From: Felis catus
Taxonomy: Eukaryota
Length of the DNA stretch: 64,000 bases
Reading direction: 5' to 3'
Assembly: GCF_018350175.1 (NCBI RefSeq)
Contig: NC_058368.1
Location: 166,844,001 to 166,908,000, forward strand
Position 1 is the first letter of the stretch; each line of letters begins with the position of its first letter. The notes beneath the pieces were generated by a model, which saw nothing but the letters and a program-made list of their open reading frames with translations, was not told the origin of the DNA and did not search any database. Shown piece after piece: positions 10,671 to 23,654 of this stretch. Both the position numbers and the translations under genes were made by a program.

Positions 10671-12852
10671 CACTGTCCCCAAATAAGACTGTTAACAAGT
10701 TATCAAGAGTGGATGATTTTTTAGTCCTTTCATCCACTTGTAATGTCCATATTCTGAAAATGTTTCATGATCGCATTAGCATACAACATGCTGTGTCTGT
10801 AGATAACAGTACTTACAGCACACATACCACACATAGATAAAAACACATATGCACATATACTCAACATGGTTATGTTCTTAAATACCAGCTTAAGAAATAA
10901 ATTGTTTAACCATACTGACTTGTGGGTATTTATTTCCCAACCGAGGACAGAACATAGAAAATCTCTGTGAATTCCCTGCCTCATTCATCCTCCCCTACTC
11001 CATCTTCCTTCTTTCTTATACCCTCAGTCTTCCTGTCAAGAACGGTAGAGTATATACCCTAATCAAAGTAAGACACTGCAGAGGCAGCAAGATTCACTGA
11101 GAAGATTACAGTGGAATAAAAACAGCTCTAGAATAGTCCACTGATAAGAGTAAGCTTGAGGACAGACATTTGGGACAGGTACAAATGTAAGAGAGTTCAC
11201 ACAGGACTATCTCAAAGCCTGTCAGTATAGGGAAAAAACTCACAATAGAAGAGATAAAGACTGCACTCCTTGTTATCTTTACATTTGTATGCATTACTAG
11301 TCCCTGCATACAGCACATTAAACTGATTAGCTCTGTTTATTGACATAATAGTTGTGGGCCTGGACACATGTTGAGACATATTAAATCACTTATTAATAGG
11401 AATTATTACTTTTTAGCTGTCATAGTGCTTGCAAAGGAAAATCTTCATGAAGTTTTTTTCATTACTTGAGCATCATGACAAATTTCACATTCGCAAAATG
11501 ATATTTGTGTTGCCTTGAAGCTTTTGGAATATTTATATCTACTAATAGCTTCTATGTTCGTTTTTCATATATTAGAAGGGAAATATGGAGAAAAATAACA
11601 AGTTTTAATAAAACCACAGGCTATTTTAAGTCAGAAGCTTAAACCAAGAAAAGGCAGGTGTTTACATTTGTCTTTCATTTCTTAGGGAAATAAATGCATA
11701 AAGTTTTAAATATAGTCATGTCTATAAGTATTTTATTGGAATAGGCGACAAATAAGGGCAGATTTAAATAGTTTACCACTTATAGTAAGACATAAATCAG
11801 GTTAAAAGAGAGCTCTCCTGTTAGTATAATTTTTCCTTGGTGAATTCTTCAACAATTTGAAGGGACATTGTTTACTAGTCTGCCCTGTCTGTAATGCTCT
11901 GTCTGTAAGATCATAATCCAAGAAATAAATCAAATAATTGAGAAATCTGTTTGCAGTCCAGAAATTCATAAAATCAGGATGAAATTTTCATCCCTCTCCT
12001 ATTAGTAGCCAGTCACTTCATAATGAGGTTTGATAAATGAATAATACCAAAGGGAAAAGAAAATAGAGTAACGTCGCGACATAGACAGGTTCTCGAAAAC
12101 CACTGGGTTCTTATTAGCAGTCTGCTTTTCTCCCATGTCCAGGATGGCCAAATCACATGGGGTAAAGCAGATTACTTGACATGGTGTCAAGTGCTTACAG
12201 GATTCTGGATGACTAAGCATCTTTATTTAACTGCCATGCTGCTAACCCCACATGGGAAAGGGCCTGAAAAGGTTAATGTAAACATTGTATGCTTCCTTCA
12301 AACTGCACCAGAATACCACATCTGGTGGGTCACCTCACCCTGCAGTCAAAACCGAAAGGACATTTGCTTTGTGAATGTCAAGATAATTTTATGAGAACCA
12401 GACACCAGGCAGCTGATGGGAGTTCAGAGAAAAAGGCAGATTGTTGCATGTGAACTATTTGGGTTATGCGAAATTGGGGGGTGGGTAGGCCAGGACCCAC
12501 TCTAGTAGTCATTGAAGCTTCCAGACAAATTACATCCATGTTACACCTAACATCAAATGGCAGGGAAACTCTGTTGTAATGATATTTTGGAGCACAGTGG
12601 CCACATGAGTGAAAGTCATGGATTAGACAATTCAGTCACATCTGGCCAGTTTTGTGATAAGAATAAAGAATACCAGACCACAATATGGGACATATATTAA
12701 AAAAAAATCTGCCTTTCTTTGTAGGCTAAGATTTCATTGTATGCATACTTTATTTATGGACTCAGCTTATGCCTCCCACTCTGCCTTCCCCCACCACAAA
12801 TAATGCTGCAGTGAGCTTCCTTAAACATCCCCACTAATAAACTTGTGTGGGT

Positions 12853-12887
<35 letters not shown>

Positions 12888-12890
12888 CAT
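12853..12890. repeat. (CA)n microsatellite
   Basis: Direct reading. Confidence 0.95.
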
Positions 12891-13229
12891 ATTCACAGGT
12901 CATGAGACATGTGTATACTAAAATTGAATAAATCATGCCAGATTGCTCTGCTACACACCTGTTACAAATATTCTACAATGAAAACATTACATTTGTAATT
13001 AGATAACATGATTACTGTTTAATTTAGGGAAAAAAATCTTTCTCCTCCCAACTCCCCTCTTACTCATTTGTAAGAGCACCATTACTTATGCAGGTTTACA
13101 ATGTAGTTGTCTGTCTAATGCTTGGCTTTTACTTGCTTTCTGCTATTTCTAATAGTCACCACATTTTATAGAATCTATAGTTTCCATTGTATAGTTAGTA
13201 TTGATAGTAAATTCTACCATTTTCTGTAA

Positions 13230-13620
13230 TCTCCCCGCTAACCCCTCAGGGCTCATACTAATTTATTAGCCTTAATTCTTTCTGATTTACTTTGGTCCTT
13301 CCTAATATCTTGATATTGTGACATCTGTTCAACTTCCACCTCAATAACACTAAACAGTTGTCTTTTTCAACCTGAAATATATCTCATATTATAGTGATGT
13401 CCCAAACATCTTTAAAGACTTAAGGAAAAATGTCATCTCTCCTATATACCCACACTAGTGTACAAAAATATTTTTATAGCACTTTCACATTTTATTGAAA
13501 TTATCTATTAATATCCATAGCTCACAAGTCACAAATTCGTTGAAGAAAGAATTGTATTTTATATGTACTTGTATCCCCAATGCCAGCAAATGTTAACTGT
13601 TTCATAAATGTTTGTTGAAC
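13230..13620 (+). mobile_element. L2 3' remnant
   Basis: tttttatagcactttcac...ttgtatccccaatgccagca...ataaatgtttgttgaa, typical L2 3' end. Confidence 0.55.
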
Positions 13621-13935
13621 GGGCTTTTATTATTATTCCCTCAGGCTCTTATCTCCTCTTTTCAAATTATAGTTAATTATCTGACAAAAGAATTCTACAT
13701 TAAGATGTTAATATAAAATTATAGCCCTTTGAATAAGTTAAAAAATAAGCAAAAATGCACAACATATTTGTTAAGCATTTATAAATGCTTGAAATGTGTG
13801 TGATAGAAAATATTAAAGAAAAACAAGGGAATAATAAGCTTAAACTTCATGATATATGATACTTCTGAGTGAGAAGCCAAAGAGAGGATATGGGGAAAAG
13901 TACATAGATAAATGTAAATTTTTAGAAACATTTGA

Positions 13936-14140
13936 GGGGTTGCTGGTTAAGTGGCTCAGTCGGTTAACCATCCAACTGTTTTTTGGCTCAGGTCATGATT
14001 TCACAGTTTGTGGGATCAAGCCCCATGTCGGGCTCCACGCAGACAGTGGAACATGCTTGGGATTCTGTCTCTCCCCTTCTTTCTCTGCTCCTCTCTCTGT
14101 CTCTAAATAAATAAATAAACATTAAAATAGTGTTTTAAAA
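13936..14140 (+). mobile_element. Can-SINE
   Basis: gtggctcagtcggttaa...ggctcaggtcatgat...aaataaataaataaac. Confidence 0.92.
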
Positions 14141-14214
14141 AAGAAATCCTTAGATTCTTGGATTGCATGATACATTAGAGGTATTAATTATATGACTAAT
14201 AAATATTTTTATAA

Positions 14215-14420
14215 GTTTTTTAATGTTTGTTTATTTTTGAGAGAGAGAAAGAGACAAAGCACGATCAGGGGAGGGGCAGAGAAAGAGGGAGACACAGAAT
14301 CAGAAGCGGGCTCTAGGGCTCTGAGCACAGAGCCCTACGTGGGACTTAATCCCATGAACTGCAAGATCATGACCTCAACTGAAGTCAGATGCCAAACCGA
14401 CTGAGCCACTCAGGTGCCCC
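14215..14420 (-). mobile_element. Can-SINE
   Basis: Reverse SINEC; imperfect TSD tat[g/t]actaataa[a/g]tattttt. Confidence 0.94.
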
Positions 14421-14755
14421 TATATTACTAATAAGTATTTTTAAAAATATGATGAGAGGGCCATATATATACCAAAATTTCAGTAAGCTGTGAATAACAA
14501 AATATGATTAATGTAATTCTATGACCTGGGTTTTTAAAAAGAAGAAAAAAGAAAAAGAAAAATGTGTGTGTATGTGGGTGTTTTTGATATGAGTACTGCT
14601 TCTCCAGATAAACTTGGATTTTATAATTTTATAACAAGAGAATTCTACAGAAGCAATTTCATAATGAAAAAATAAATATATAATATTATTAATGTTATGT
14701 TATTATGGGCAAAATATTGCCTTCCCTTTGCTTCATTTAATAAAATGTCTGATTT

Positions 14756-14920
14756 GGGGGCACCTGGGTGGCTCCGTCAGTTGAGCATCTGACTCTTGAT
14801 TTCAGCTCAGGTCATGATCCCAGGGTCATGGGATCAAGCCCTACATCAGGCTCCATGCTAAGTGTGCTCTCTCTCTCTCTCTCTCTCTGTCTCAAATTAA
14901 AAAAAAAAAAAAAAAAAAAG
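14756..14920 (+). mobile_element. Can-SINE, internally shortened
   Basis: Head intact, (CT)n and A tail; TSD gtctgattt at 14747-14755 and 14921-14929. Confidence 0.93.
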
Positions 14921-15187
14921 GTCTGATTTTAACACTAAGGTAGCTTTCAGCACTGAAGTTTATAATTTCATGGACAAATAATCGTGTTACTTTACAGTCA
15001 AGTTTTCTTTCAACATGCTTCAAATCGTGTCATCCAGATTGCTCCCTGTTCTAGACACACAATACACAGGCTGCTTGAGAAGTTATGGAAAACATGGACT
15101 ATGATTGTTAGAATCACTAGCATAAATACTCAAAACTTGAAAAAGTTCATATTCTTATCATCAAGAAGGCAAATTATTCACTCTATC

Positions 15188-15361
15188 AGAGCATGAGTGG
15201 GGATGGGCAGAGAGACAGGGAGACAAAGACTCTGAAACAGGCAGGCTCCAGGCTCTGAACTGTCAGCACAGAGCCTGACGTGGGGCTCAAACTCACACAC
15301 CTCGAGATCACGACCTGAGCTAAAGTTCGACACTTAACCGACTGAGCCACCCAGGTGCCCC
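15188..15361 (-). mobile_element. Can-SINE lacking its tail
   Basis: Reverse body ending ccacccaggtgcccc; no T-rich tail at the left end. Confidence 0.92.
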
Positions 15362-15589
15362 AGCTAGGGCACATTTTATAACAGATGCCTATTGAAGAGT
15401 GTGTTTAAAATATAAAATCATCTCTTCTGAACACAAAAAGACATTTGAATTTCTAAAGTTTAGGATCAATTTGGAACTAATTCTTGACTGTATTTTGTAT
15501 TTGGAACATTTTTAATATACTTCTCATAGATTGGAAAATAAAGCCTTCATATAATGACTTTGTGGTCCCTTTTTTAAAAAGAGAGGGAC

Positions 15590-15820
15590 GGGCGCCTGGG
15601 TGGCGCAGTCGGTTAAGCATCCGAGTTCAGCCAGGTCACGATCTCGCGGTCCGTGAGTTCGAGCCCCGCGTCAGGCTCTGGGCTGATGGCTCGGAGCCTG
15701 GAGCTGTTTCCGATTCTGTGTCTCCCTCTCTCTCTGCCCCTCCCCCGTTCATGCTCTGTCTCTCTCTGTCCCAAAAATAAATAAAAAACGTTAAAAAAAA
15801 TTTTTTTAAATAAATAAAAT
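15590..15820 (+). mobile_element. Young feline Can-SINE (SINEC_Fc-like)
   Basis: Near-identical to the 3793 copy; TSD aaaagagaggga at 15577-15588 and 15821-15832. Confidence 0.97.
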
Positions 15821-17369
15821 AAAAGAGAGGGAAAAGGAGGATATTTCAAAAAAAAACTCCATTTCTTTTTAGAAGTTAAAAATTTGCATTAAAATCCTAT
15901 GTAGTCTGAACAGCATTTGAAATGAAGTGATTGTTGATTAGTATAGAAAGAATGCTTAAATATTCAAAAGTCAAATGCAGTGCTATACGATTTCTTCCCT
16001 GAATAAAATCTCACCTTAGATTGCATTAGATCAACAAAGTACAGTAAGAGGCAGCCACAAAAACATTGTTCATTTGTAATTTATATCTCTACTTATTCAA
16101 TTATCTGAGGTAGAAGATAAACTAAAACGCTTGCTAAGAATTTAATGTTAAATCGCAAATAGGAAAGTGTATGAGCTTAGTTCTCACATCTAGCAAACAC
16201 GGAAAGAAAAGTCTTGTGAGACCAAAGATGCTCAAGGCGGAAGAAAAAGTGGTTATAGTGAGCCCTTGAAAAAGGAAAAGAAAGATCTTAAAAGAAGGCT
16301 TGTTTTTCTGTCTCAAAAGAGATCATCCAGCCAAATGCAGAAGAGACAAAACAAGGGATTGATTATTTGACACACCTGAAATACAGTTTCTGGAAGTAGA
16401 GGTGCCCTTCTCTACTTTGGGATCTATTTATTTGAGATCACTTTCTTATTTACATCCCAAATTTCTCTGAAATACGCTAATCTCCCTCAGGGCGCTCTGC
16501 TGTAACAATACCTCCTCATTCATTCTGCTTTTGACTACAATTCCACTTTAAATATTAATTTTAGAGGAGGTTTTACTTGCAATTAACCATGCAATTATAT
16601 TGTAGTCATATTGAATTCCATACTCTGATACAAATTTAGCATAATATGGACCTAAAGAGGCAGTAAAGTTAACACCCACTGAGTGTACTAGGGAGTCAGA
16701 CATCAAACATCTTCACTAATTGGAGACACAAACAACCGAAAAACAGAAAGTTTTATGAAACAATAAAAGAAAAATCAAAGGCTAGAAGAAAAAGCATATA
16801 CATCCCCACCTACTTTTTCAATCAACTAGGCTGTCTGTCAAATAAAGAAGTTGAAAACCAATTCAATTCTTCCTAGAATTGGTAATGAGAATGCAAAAGA
16901 GGGTGGTGTAGACTTGGCCCAATAAAAGTATGGGCTGCTGGAGAGGAAGCAGGCGGAGCTGCAAGCATGGGTCTGCAAACCCTTGGAAAAGGCAACAACA
17001 CATCTAATGGGATATTCAATAATCAGAAACATTTGCATTATGGCCCATTAGGTACTTGGGAAATTTTTGAGAGCAGTGGCATTCTAGAGTCCTAACCTCT
17101 ATCACTCAATTTCATAGTTGAAAACTGAGATTCTTAAGTGTTTAGATATCGAACTGAGGGAGAATTACGAAAGAGAATTTATGTCTTTACCTCCATTATT
17201 CATACCTACGGGTATATGTGTATATATTTGAAAAGACACACACAACATATAGATATTTATGTACACAATGATTCAAAATAGATTCCCTAAACTCAGTGTG
17301 ATAAGTCAATTTTAGATTAAACTTTTATGTGGTCTAAATACCATTTATAATAAAACTCTTGGTGAATGG

Positions 17370-17540
17370 TGTAGGTAACTTTCATTTCATTTAACCATTT
17401 AATCGTTACACCAACCCTATGACCTTGTATTATTCTCATATTAGAGTGGAAGAAACTGAAACTCAGATAAAATTTTAGTCATTTGTGCAAAATGAAAGAG
17501 CTACTAAGTAACAGAGCTAGGACTCAATCCAAGTCTCAGT
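17370..17540 (-). mobile_element. MIR remnant
   Basis: ttcatttaa...ccaaccctatga...gaagaaactgaaactcaga...agagctaggactcaatccaagtc. Confidence 0.65.
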
Positions 17541-18261
17541 TTTATATATATTATTTAATAAATGTATAATATAATAGTAATAAATATAAAATGGTAAATA
17601 TATACAACCAAAATTATATAGTATTCATTTTTATATTTACAAATATATTTTTGTATTGTATGTGTTATAATATATATTTGTAAATACATAAAAATACACT
17701 GCAGAAATTAAAGCCCTGTCTTATTCCACCCTTGAATGAAAGTCTTTGTCGCTATTTTGGTGCATTTTTTTTCAGTGCTCTTTCTTTGGTTCTCTGTATT
17801 TCCTTTGCTGCTCTATAGCTATATCTATCTAAAGTTATTAGACTGAGTATAACAGAATACTTCTTGCTTTGTTTTTATTTAATTTCATGCTGTATTTTTA
17901 TAAGTCAATAAATATGTGTTTCATTGTTGTATTTTTCCTAAACAAACGTGGTTTGGATTGTTAACTTCAAATGTCATCATTCATTTCTTGATGGGTACTT
18001 TGTCTCTTTGTAGCATGTGTTTCTCTAATATTAATATTAAGTTTATGCTCACATGCATAAGCCATATTTTTTAGTTCCCTCTTTTGGATAAATTCTTAAT
18101 GCTGAAATGACAACATCAAAAGATATAGATTCTTATAATGGCCTTTCTCGTGTATCGTCAGATCCTTTCCAAAAAGTCCTTGCAACACTAGTGCCAGTCC
18201 CAAGTAGTAGAAATATTGTTATTTTCCACTGAATTTATGTTTTTTGAAAAGTTATGTGACT

Positions 18262-18396
18262 GGAACTCCTGGGTGGCTGAGTTGGTTAAGCGTCTGCCTC
18301 TAGGTTTTGGCTCAGGTCAAAATTTCGCATTTTGTGGATTTGAGTCCCATGTGGAGCTCGGCGCTACAGTGCAGAGCCTGCCTGTGATTCTCTCTC

Positions 18397-18453
<57 letters not shown>

Positions 18454-18501
18454 CCTTCCCCCGCTCACATGCTCCGTCTCTGTCTCTCAAAAAAAAAAAA
18501 A
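18262..18501 (+). mobile_element. Can-SINE with expanded (CT)n
   Basis: TSD aaaagttatgt[g/a]actg at 18247-18262 and 18502-18517. Confidence 0.93.
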
Positions 18502-19743
18502 AAAAGTTATGTAACTGCCAAATTAGGTCTATTGACTACTTCCATAGAAAAGGTGATTTTATTCAGTTTATCTTCCAACTGTACTTATTCTGGAATTGGT
18601 AACACGTAATTTTTTGACTACATACTTGTGAAGACATAATTCTTATTATTACTGATTTCCAAACACTTTATCTGTTTGAGGATGCTACACATTTGTTTAT
18701 TGGAAATACTTTATTCCATGTGTGATTTCCATTTTTAATTATTCTTGTGCTATGAATTTTTACATCTTTAGTGGGATTAAATCTATAAATATTTTCTAAC
18801 CTCTGCTATTTTTTTCTCAGTTTACTTCTTCAGTGATTTATTAAATACCAATCTATATATTTTACTTTGATTTGGCATAAAATTAGAATCTACCTGAATC
18901 TTGTGATTTAGTTAATACATTAGCTAATTTTCCAAAGAGCCTAATTACCAAATTTGTTGGAAATCCTTTTCCTTACCATTTAATGTTTACATATATTTTT
19001 AATTAAAAATTATATATGTATACATTGTTAAAAAACAAATATAGAGAAAAATTATAAAGCAAATGTTTATGTTCCATAATCTCTCACATCATAAATCATA
19101 AATATTTCAGGTCAAAATTGTATTTTATGTTTTAACTATTACCATATAAAATATGCTTTAGAATGGTTTTGAGCTTTCACTGCCAAGTTTATATTCATAA
19201 TTTTAACATTATTTATACTTAATTTAGCTTGTTGGTTTCAGTGTTCATCCTCAGACATCTAAGGTATGACATTACCATGTCTAAATTCTTGATTTTGATT
19301 TACCTCTCAGTTGACTGTTAACATCAGTCAAGTGTTGTACTTGGTAAGGATACTCACATAATATTCTTGGGAAGGATAAAAGAGTGACATAATTACTATT
19401 TCTTATGTGATTATAAAAATATTATTTTCATGTGAATAAAGGATTAATGAGGATCACTATCGTAGGATGAGATTAATTGTTATCCAGAATTTTATTGGCT
19501 TCTGTGATGTATATTTGGAGAGAAGAAATGTCACACCAGTTTTATTTTTGTTACTTTTTCTGTAAACTAATTTATCTGCCTCTATACATTATGTTTTCAT
19601 ATTTAATATTTCTTCACTTCTGAAATGTTTTTCTTTTCTTGAATATTTGATCATTCTGTACATAATTACATTATTTTATATTACTCTCAACAGTAAATTA
19701 AAAACTAGATGTGTCACCTAGACAAACTATTTATTTATAAAAA

Positions 19744-19958
19744 TTTTTTTAATGTGTGTTTATTTTTGAGAGAGAGACAGAGACAGAGTGTGAGCAAAAG
19801 AGGGGCAGAGAGACAGGGAGACAGGGCAGAGAATCTGAAGCAGCTTCAGGTTCCAAGCTGTCAGTGCAGAGCCCGATGCAGGGGTCAAACCCACAAACTG
19901 TGAGATCATGACCTGAGCCAAAGTCAGACTCTTAACAGACTGAGCCACCCAGGCGCCC
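19744..19958 (-). mobile_element. Can-SINE
   Basis: Reverse body ending ccacccaggcgccc. Confidence 0.95.
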
Positions 19959-21063
19959 TGACAAAATCTTTATTATATTTGCATTCATGATAAGTTTCTC
20001 AAACTTGTCCTCCACATTACTGAGTAAACTTTCTGCTACAGCAAGTCTTTTCTGCAGAAATGCATTTCAATTTACTTGTTAGATTTTAGGTTCTTTTCTT
20101 CTTCTATTTTCCGATTCTAGCCATATTATTTTACATCTCTGAAGTCAGTATAGACTTTTATTTCTTGTGGATTTTACCCTGCCTTCAATTCCCCTTGATC
20201 TTCACAGCATTTTAATTTATTTTCTATAGACAATTTTTTAAACCTTCTAATTCTTTAGAATATTTGTCTACTTTCCCTTAAGTTGCTTTTTTCCAAAAAT
20301 GCATCATGTGTCATATTTTGTTTAGATTTGGTTAGCAGTCTCTAAATTGGGAAAGCTAGACCAGATTCAGTGTTTAGCACATGGTAAAAGAAAAGCCATC
20401 AATATCCCTCTTTAATATCTGCTTCTGTGCTGACAGACAGCTCCTTATCTAAAATAGGTGTGAAGGTCAGGCTATCACCAGGAATCCTAAAACACTGTGC
20501 AAAACCTAATAAGCTTGATCTAGTGTGAGTCTGTTCCTATGAGGTTCAATTTTCCTTTGCTCAGACATCTAACTTTAACTCAAATAGAGAATACAATAGA
20601 GAGTGTAGTTATTATTAAATAAGGGAATACTTGGGAAAGCACATCACCCAGTTGTCCACTCATTATCACCTTTCTTTATACTTTTCCTTGGGAAAAAAAA
20701 TATATAATGGCACACATCAGAAAAATATATAGGTGATTCATTTCCTTAGTTCAGAGAAGAACTTCTTAAGCTTAAAAGAATATGGATATAATATTTTAAA
20801 AAGTAGATTTTATTACATAATATAAATTTCTTGATGTTGAAATTACTATGAATAAAAATAAATTGAAATAATTTTTTAAAAAGAAGTATTTACAATAAAT
20901 ATTATGGTTAAAGATAAATAATCTTTTGGGATAAAAATATTTACCATTGGGGGTATGCTAGGTGCCAGGTTCTCACTAGGTCCTTTAAATATGTAAATTA
21001 AACATGTTATTTAATTAAATCTTTCTGACACCCTTATTTACAAATTTAACATCTTAATTTTAA

Positions 21064-21065
<2 letters not shown>

Positions 21066-21110
<45 letters not shown>
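21066..21110. repeat. (TG)n microsatellite, within a MIR-like remnant (~20950-21200)
   Basis: About 22 perfect TG units. Confidence 0.95.
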
Positions 21111-21113
<3 letters not shown>

Positions 21114-21840
21114 ATGGAGGCAAAAAGCTTAAAACAGAATTTCCAGGTTTTGAATCCAAATGTACGCAACTCTAAAACTTATTTTTGCCTCACTATTTTA
21201 GGCCACTGGTTAATTATTAAGAAATACAAATGGACACAGCATTTGACTCAGTAATTCTCTTCTAAACATGAATCATCATTTATAATAAATAATTACAAAA
21301 TATACTAGTACCAAACAATTGAAATCTGGTTAAATAATTAAGAGAATGACTATATGATGAAGTAGAATATTTAATAACATGGAAACACAGACAAAATACA
21401 ACCTTAATTTTTAAAAACTTGATAAAAATTGTATTTATGGTATAATTTAATTGATATTTTATGTCCTACTTATAACTTTTCATCATGTCCATCAATCTCT
21501 CTATACATAGGTATTGTTTTGATATTTTTACTTTATAGGGTTTGTTTTTACTTTATAGGGTTTACTGTTTTCCAAATTTTATGCAATGATCATATATTAC
21601 TTTAATCCTTGGGAAAATTAAGTTGTGCACACAAAAGTGAGATATGTTACAATAACATAATTTTAAAAAGTTGGATGGATATAAATTAGGTCAACTAAGC
21701 ATCTAGAATTCAGCAATATGTTAATATTGAAATGGTATTTCTGGTACTTTAGCTCTGAGAGCCTACTCTATTGATAAAGTTACATAAAAGGTTAAAATAA
21801 AAATATTTAACTCATATCCACCAATCTCCTTAAGGAATTT

Positions 21841-22026
21841 AATTTGAGGGAGAGGGAGCACGTACGCAAGCAGGGAGGAGGGGCAGAGATAGAGGACAGA
21901 GAGAAACCCAGGCAGGCTCCATGCGGAGCCTGACCACGGGAGTGCTCAGTCTCACAAACTGTGAAATCATGACCTGAGCGGAAATCAAAATTCAGATGCT
22001 TAACTGACTGAGACATCCTGGCGCCG
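21841..22026 (-). mobile_element. Can-SINE with G-rich 5' extension
   Basis: Reverse SINEC; TSD aaggaattt at 21832-21840 and 22053-22061. Confidence 0.88.
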
Positions 22027-23452
22027 CAACCCCCCCCACCCCGCCCCCTGCCAAGGAATTTTAGAAATTACATGAGTCAGAGAATAACTTGATCTCTAAA
22101 AGAAAGCTACACTAAATAAACAATAATAACAAGAACCTATCAACTTACCATTATCTTTCTACAAAAGGTGGCAAATTATGTATCAAATGGAAAAATGCAA
22201 TGTAAACTAATTTTCTTTGCAGGAATAACCCTTGATGAAGCTCAAATCTCTGTACCTTGTAGTATGAGTTATGCATCTTAGTTAACTGTTTTTTGCACAG
22301 CTTTCCAATAATGGCCGCCTCAAGATAGTGTCATGAGGCCTTTTCCTATCTATTTCAGACCCCTTGACTTCACCCCTGCCTAGAAACTAAACCTCTGCCC
22401 CTGTGACAAAACTCCTAAAAATACTCTCTCTGTATTTCTTTGAAAAGGAGATAAATGTTGTCTTTCATATACCTAAGGACTTCATATTCAGTAATGAATA
22501 AAGAGAAAGCAAAGTGAAGTAGAGAATCTCTATACACTCACTCAGCTTTGCTGTAGTTCCTGGAACTCTGGGGGGTTCAAAGTTTTCTTTAGAGATAGGG
22601 TTAATGCAAAAAAAGTTCAAAAATTGAACTATGTCCGTGGCAGTTAAGGAGGAGAAGAATAGGTCACAGCAGTAAATGGTTGCCGTTTTCTTTTGGCACT
22701 TTGCTTCACTTCTAACTTGTAAATATAGCTCAATCTGTGATACTTGTTTGCCTCTAAACTGTATTTTAAAGCTATATGTAAGCTGTGACATTTGTCTAAT
22801 TGATCTCGGAAAGCTATGACATTGAATATATTGCCTTTATATTTCCAGGATACGTTATTTCTCTCTGTATCTATCTAAATGTGGTTATGTATGCATCTGT
22901 CTCTGTCTCTCTCTTTGTCTTATATGTAGCATTTATATTTGTTTGTTTATTTGTTTCTAGGTATATGTGACTGTGTGCTATATTGTCTTTTTGACCCAAT
23001 AGTTGAGAAAGATTATGTGACTTCTTTTAAGTGCATCTTTTGTAGGCATGAAGATTGCATTTTTTATAAATATATCAGGGACTCTTCTAATTAAAAGATA
23101 GTTGAAAACAACTGTTCTAAGTATTATAATTTTTGTTTGTGTCATTTAATTTTTATCCTATGAGGTTATGTTCTCTTAATTTACATATATTTTCTAGTGA
23201 ATACTGAGTTCTTATTCCTTTAAAATTTATTTGTAATCTAATCTATAACTTTTATGCATGTTTTTATAATAATTAAGTTGAGATTTACTTTTTATAGTTT
23301 GCTAATGAAATTAAATGGAATACAGATTTATAGGTAAATGTTTAGCCTCAGTAGCTCTTTATTTTCCATCATGATTTATTCTTTTTAAATAAACTTTGAA
23401 CTTAATAAGAATAAGTGTCTTAAGTTAAAATTCTTTTTGCCCCACTCACTTT

Positions 23453-23654
23453 CTTTTTTTTTTTCTAATGTTTATTTATTTTTGATACAACACAAGTGGG
23501 GAAGGAGAAGAGAGAGGAAGACATAGAATCTGAAGCAGGCTCCAGGCTCTGAAATGTCAGCACAGAGCCGGATGTTGGGCTCCAACCCACAGACCATGAG
23601 ATCGTGACCTGAACTGAAGTCGGTTGCCCAACTGACTGAGCCACCCAGGCACCC
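23453..23654 (-). mobile_element. Can-SINE
   Basis: Reverse SINEC; TSD actcacttt at 23444-23452 and 23659-23667. Confidence 0.94.

Larger units (their letters stand above)
17700..20330 (-). mobile_element. Highly decayed old L1 (L1ME-like) fragments
   Basis: T-rich antisense-L1-like text interrupted by SINEs; boundaries very approximate. Confidence 0.4.

Noticed and set aside
15484..15849. Recurring similar ORFs (e.g. MAQSV..., ...REFEPRV...) here and near 19760, 25949, 37876, 39198, 48690
   Set aside because: Translations of Can-SINE bodies, not a gene family.
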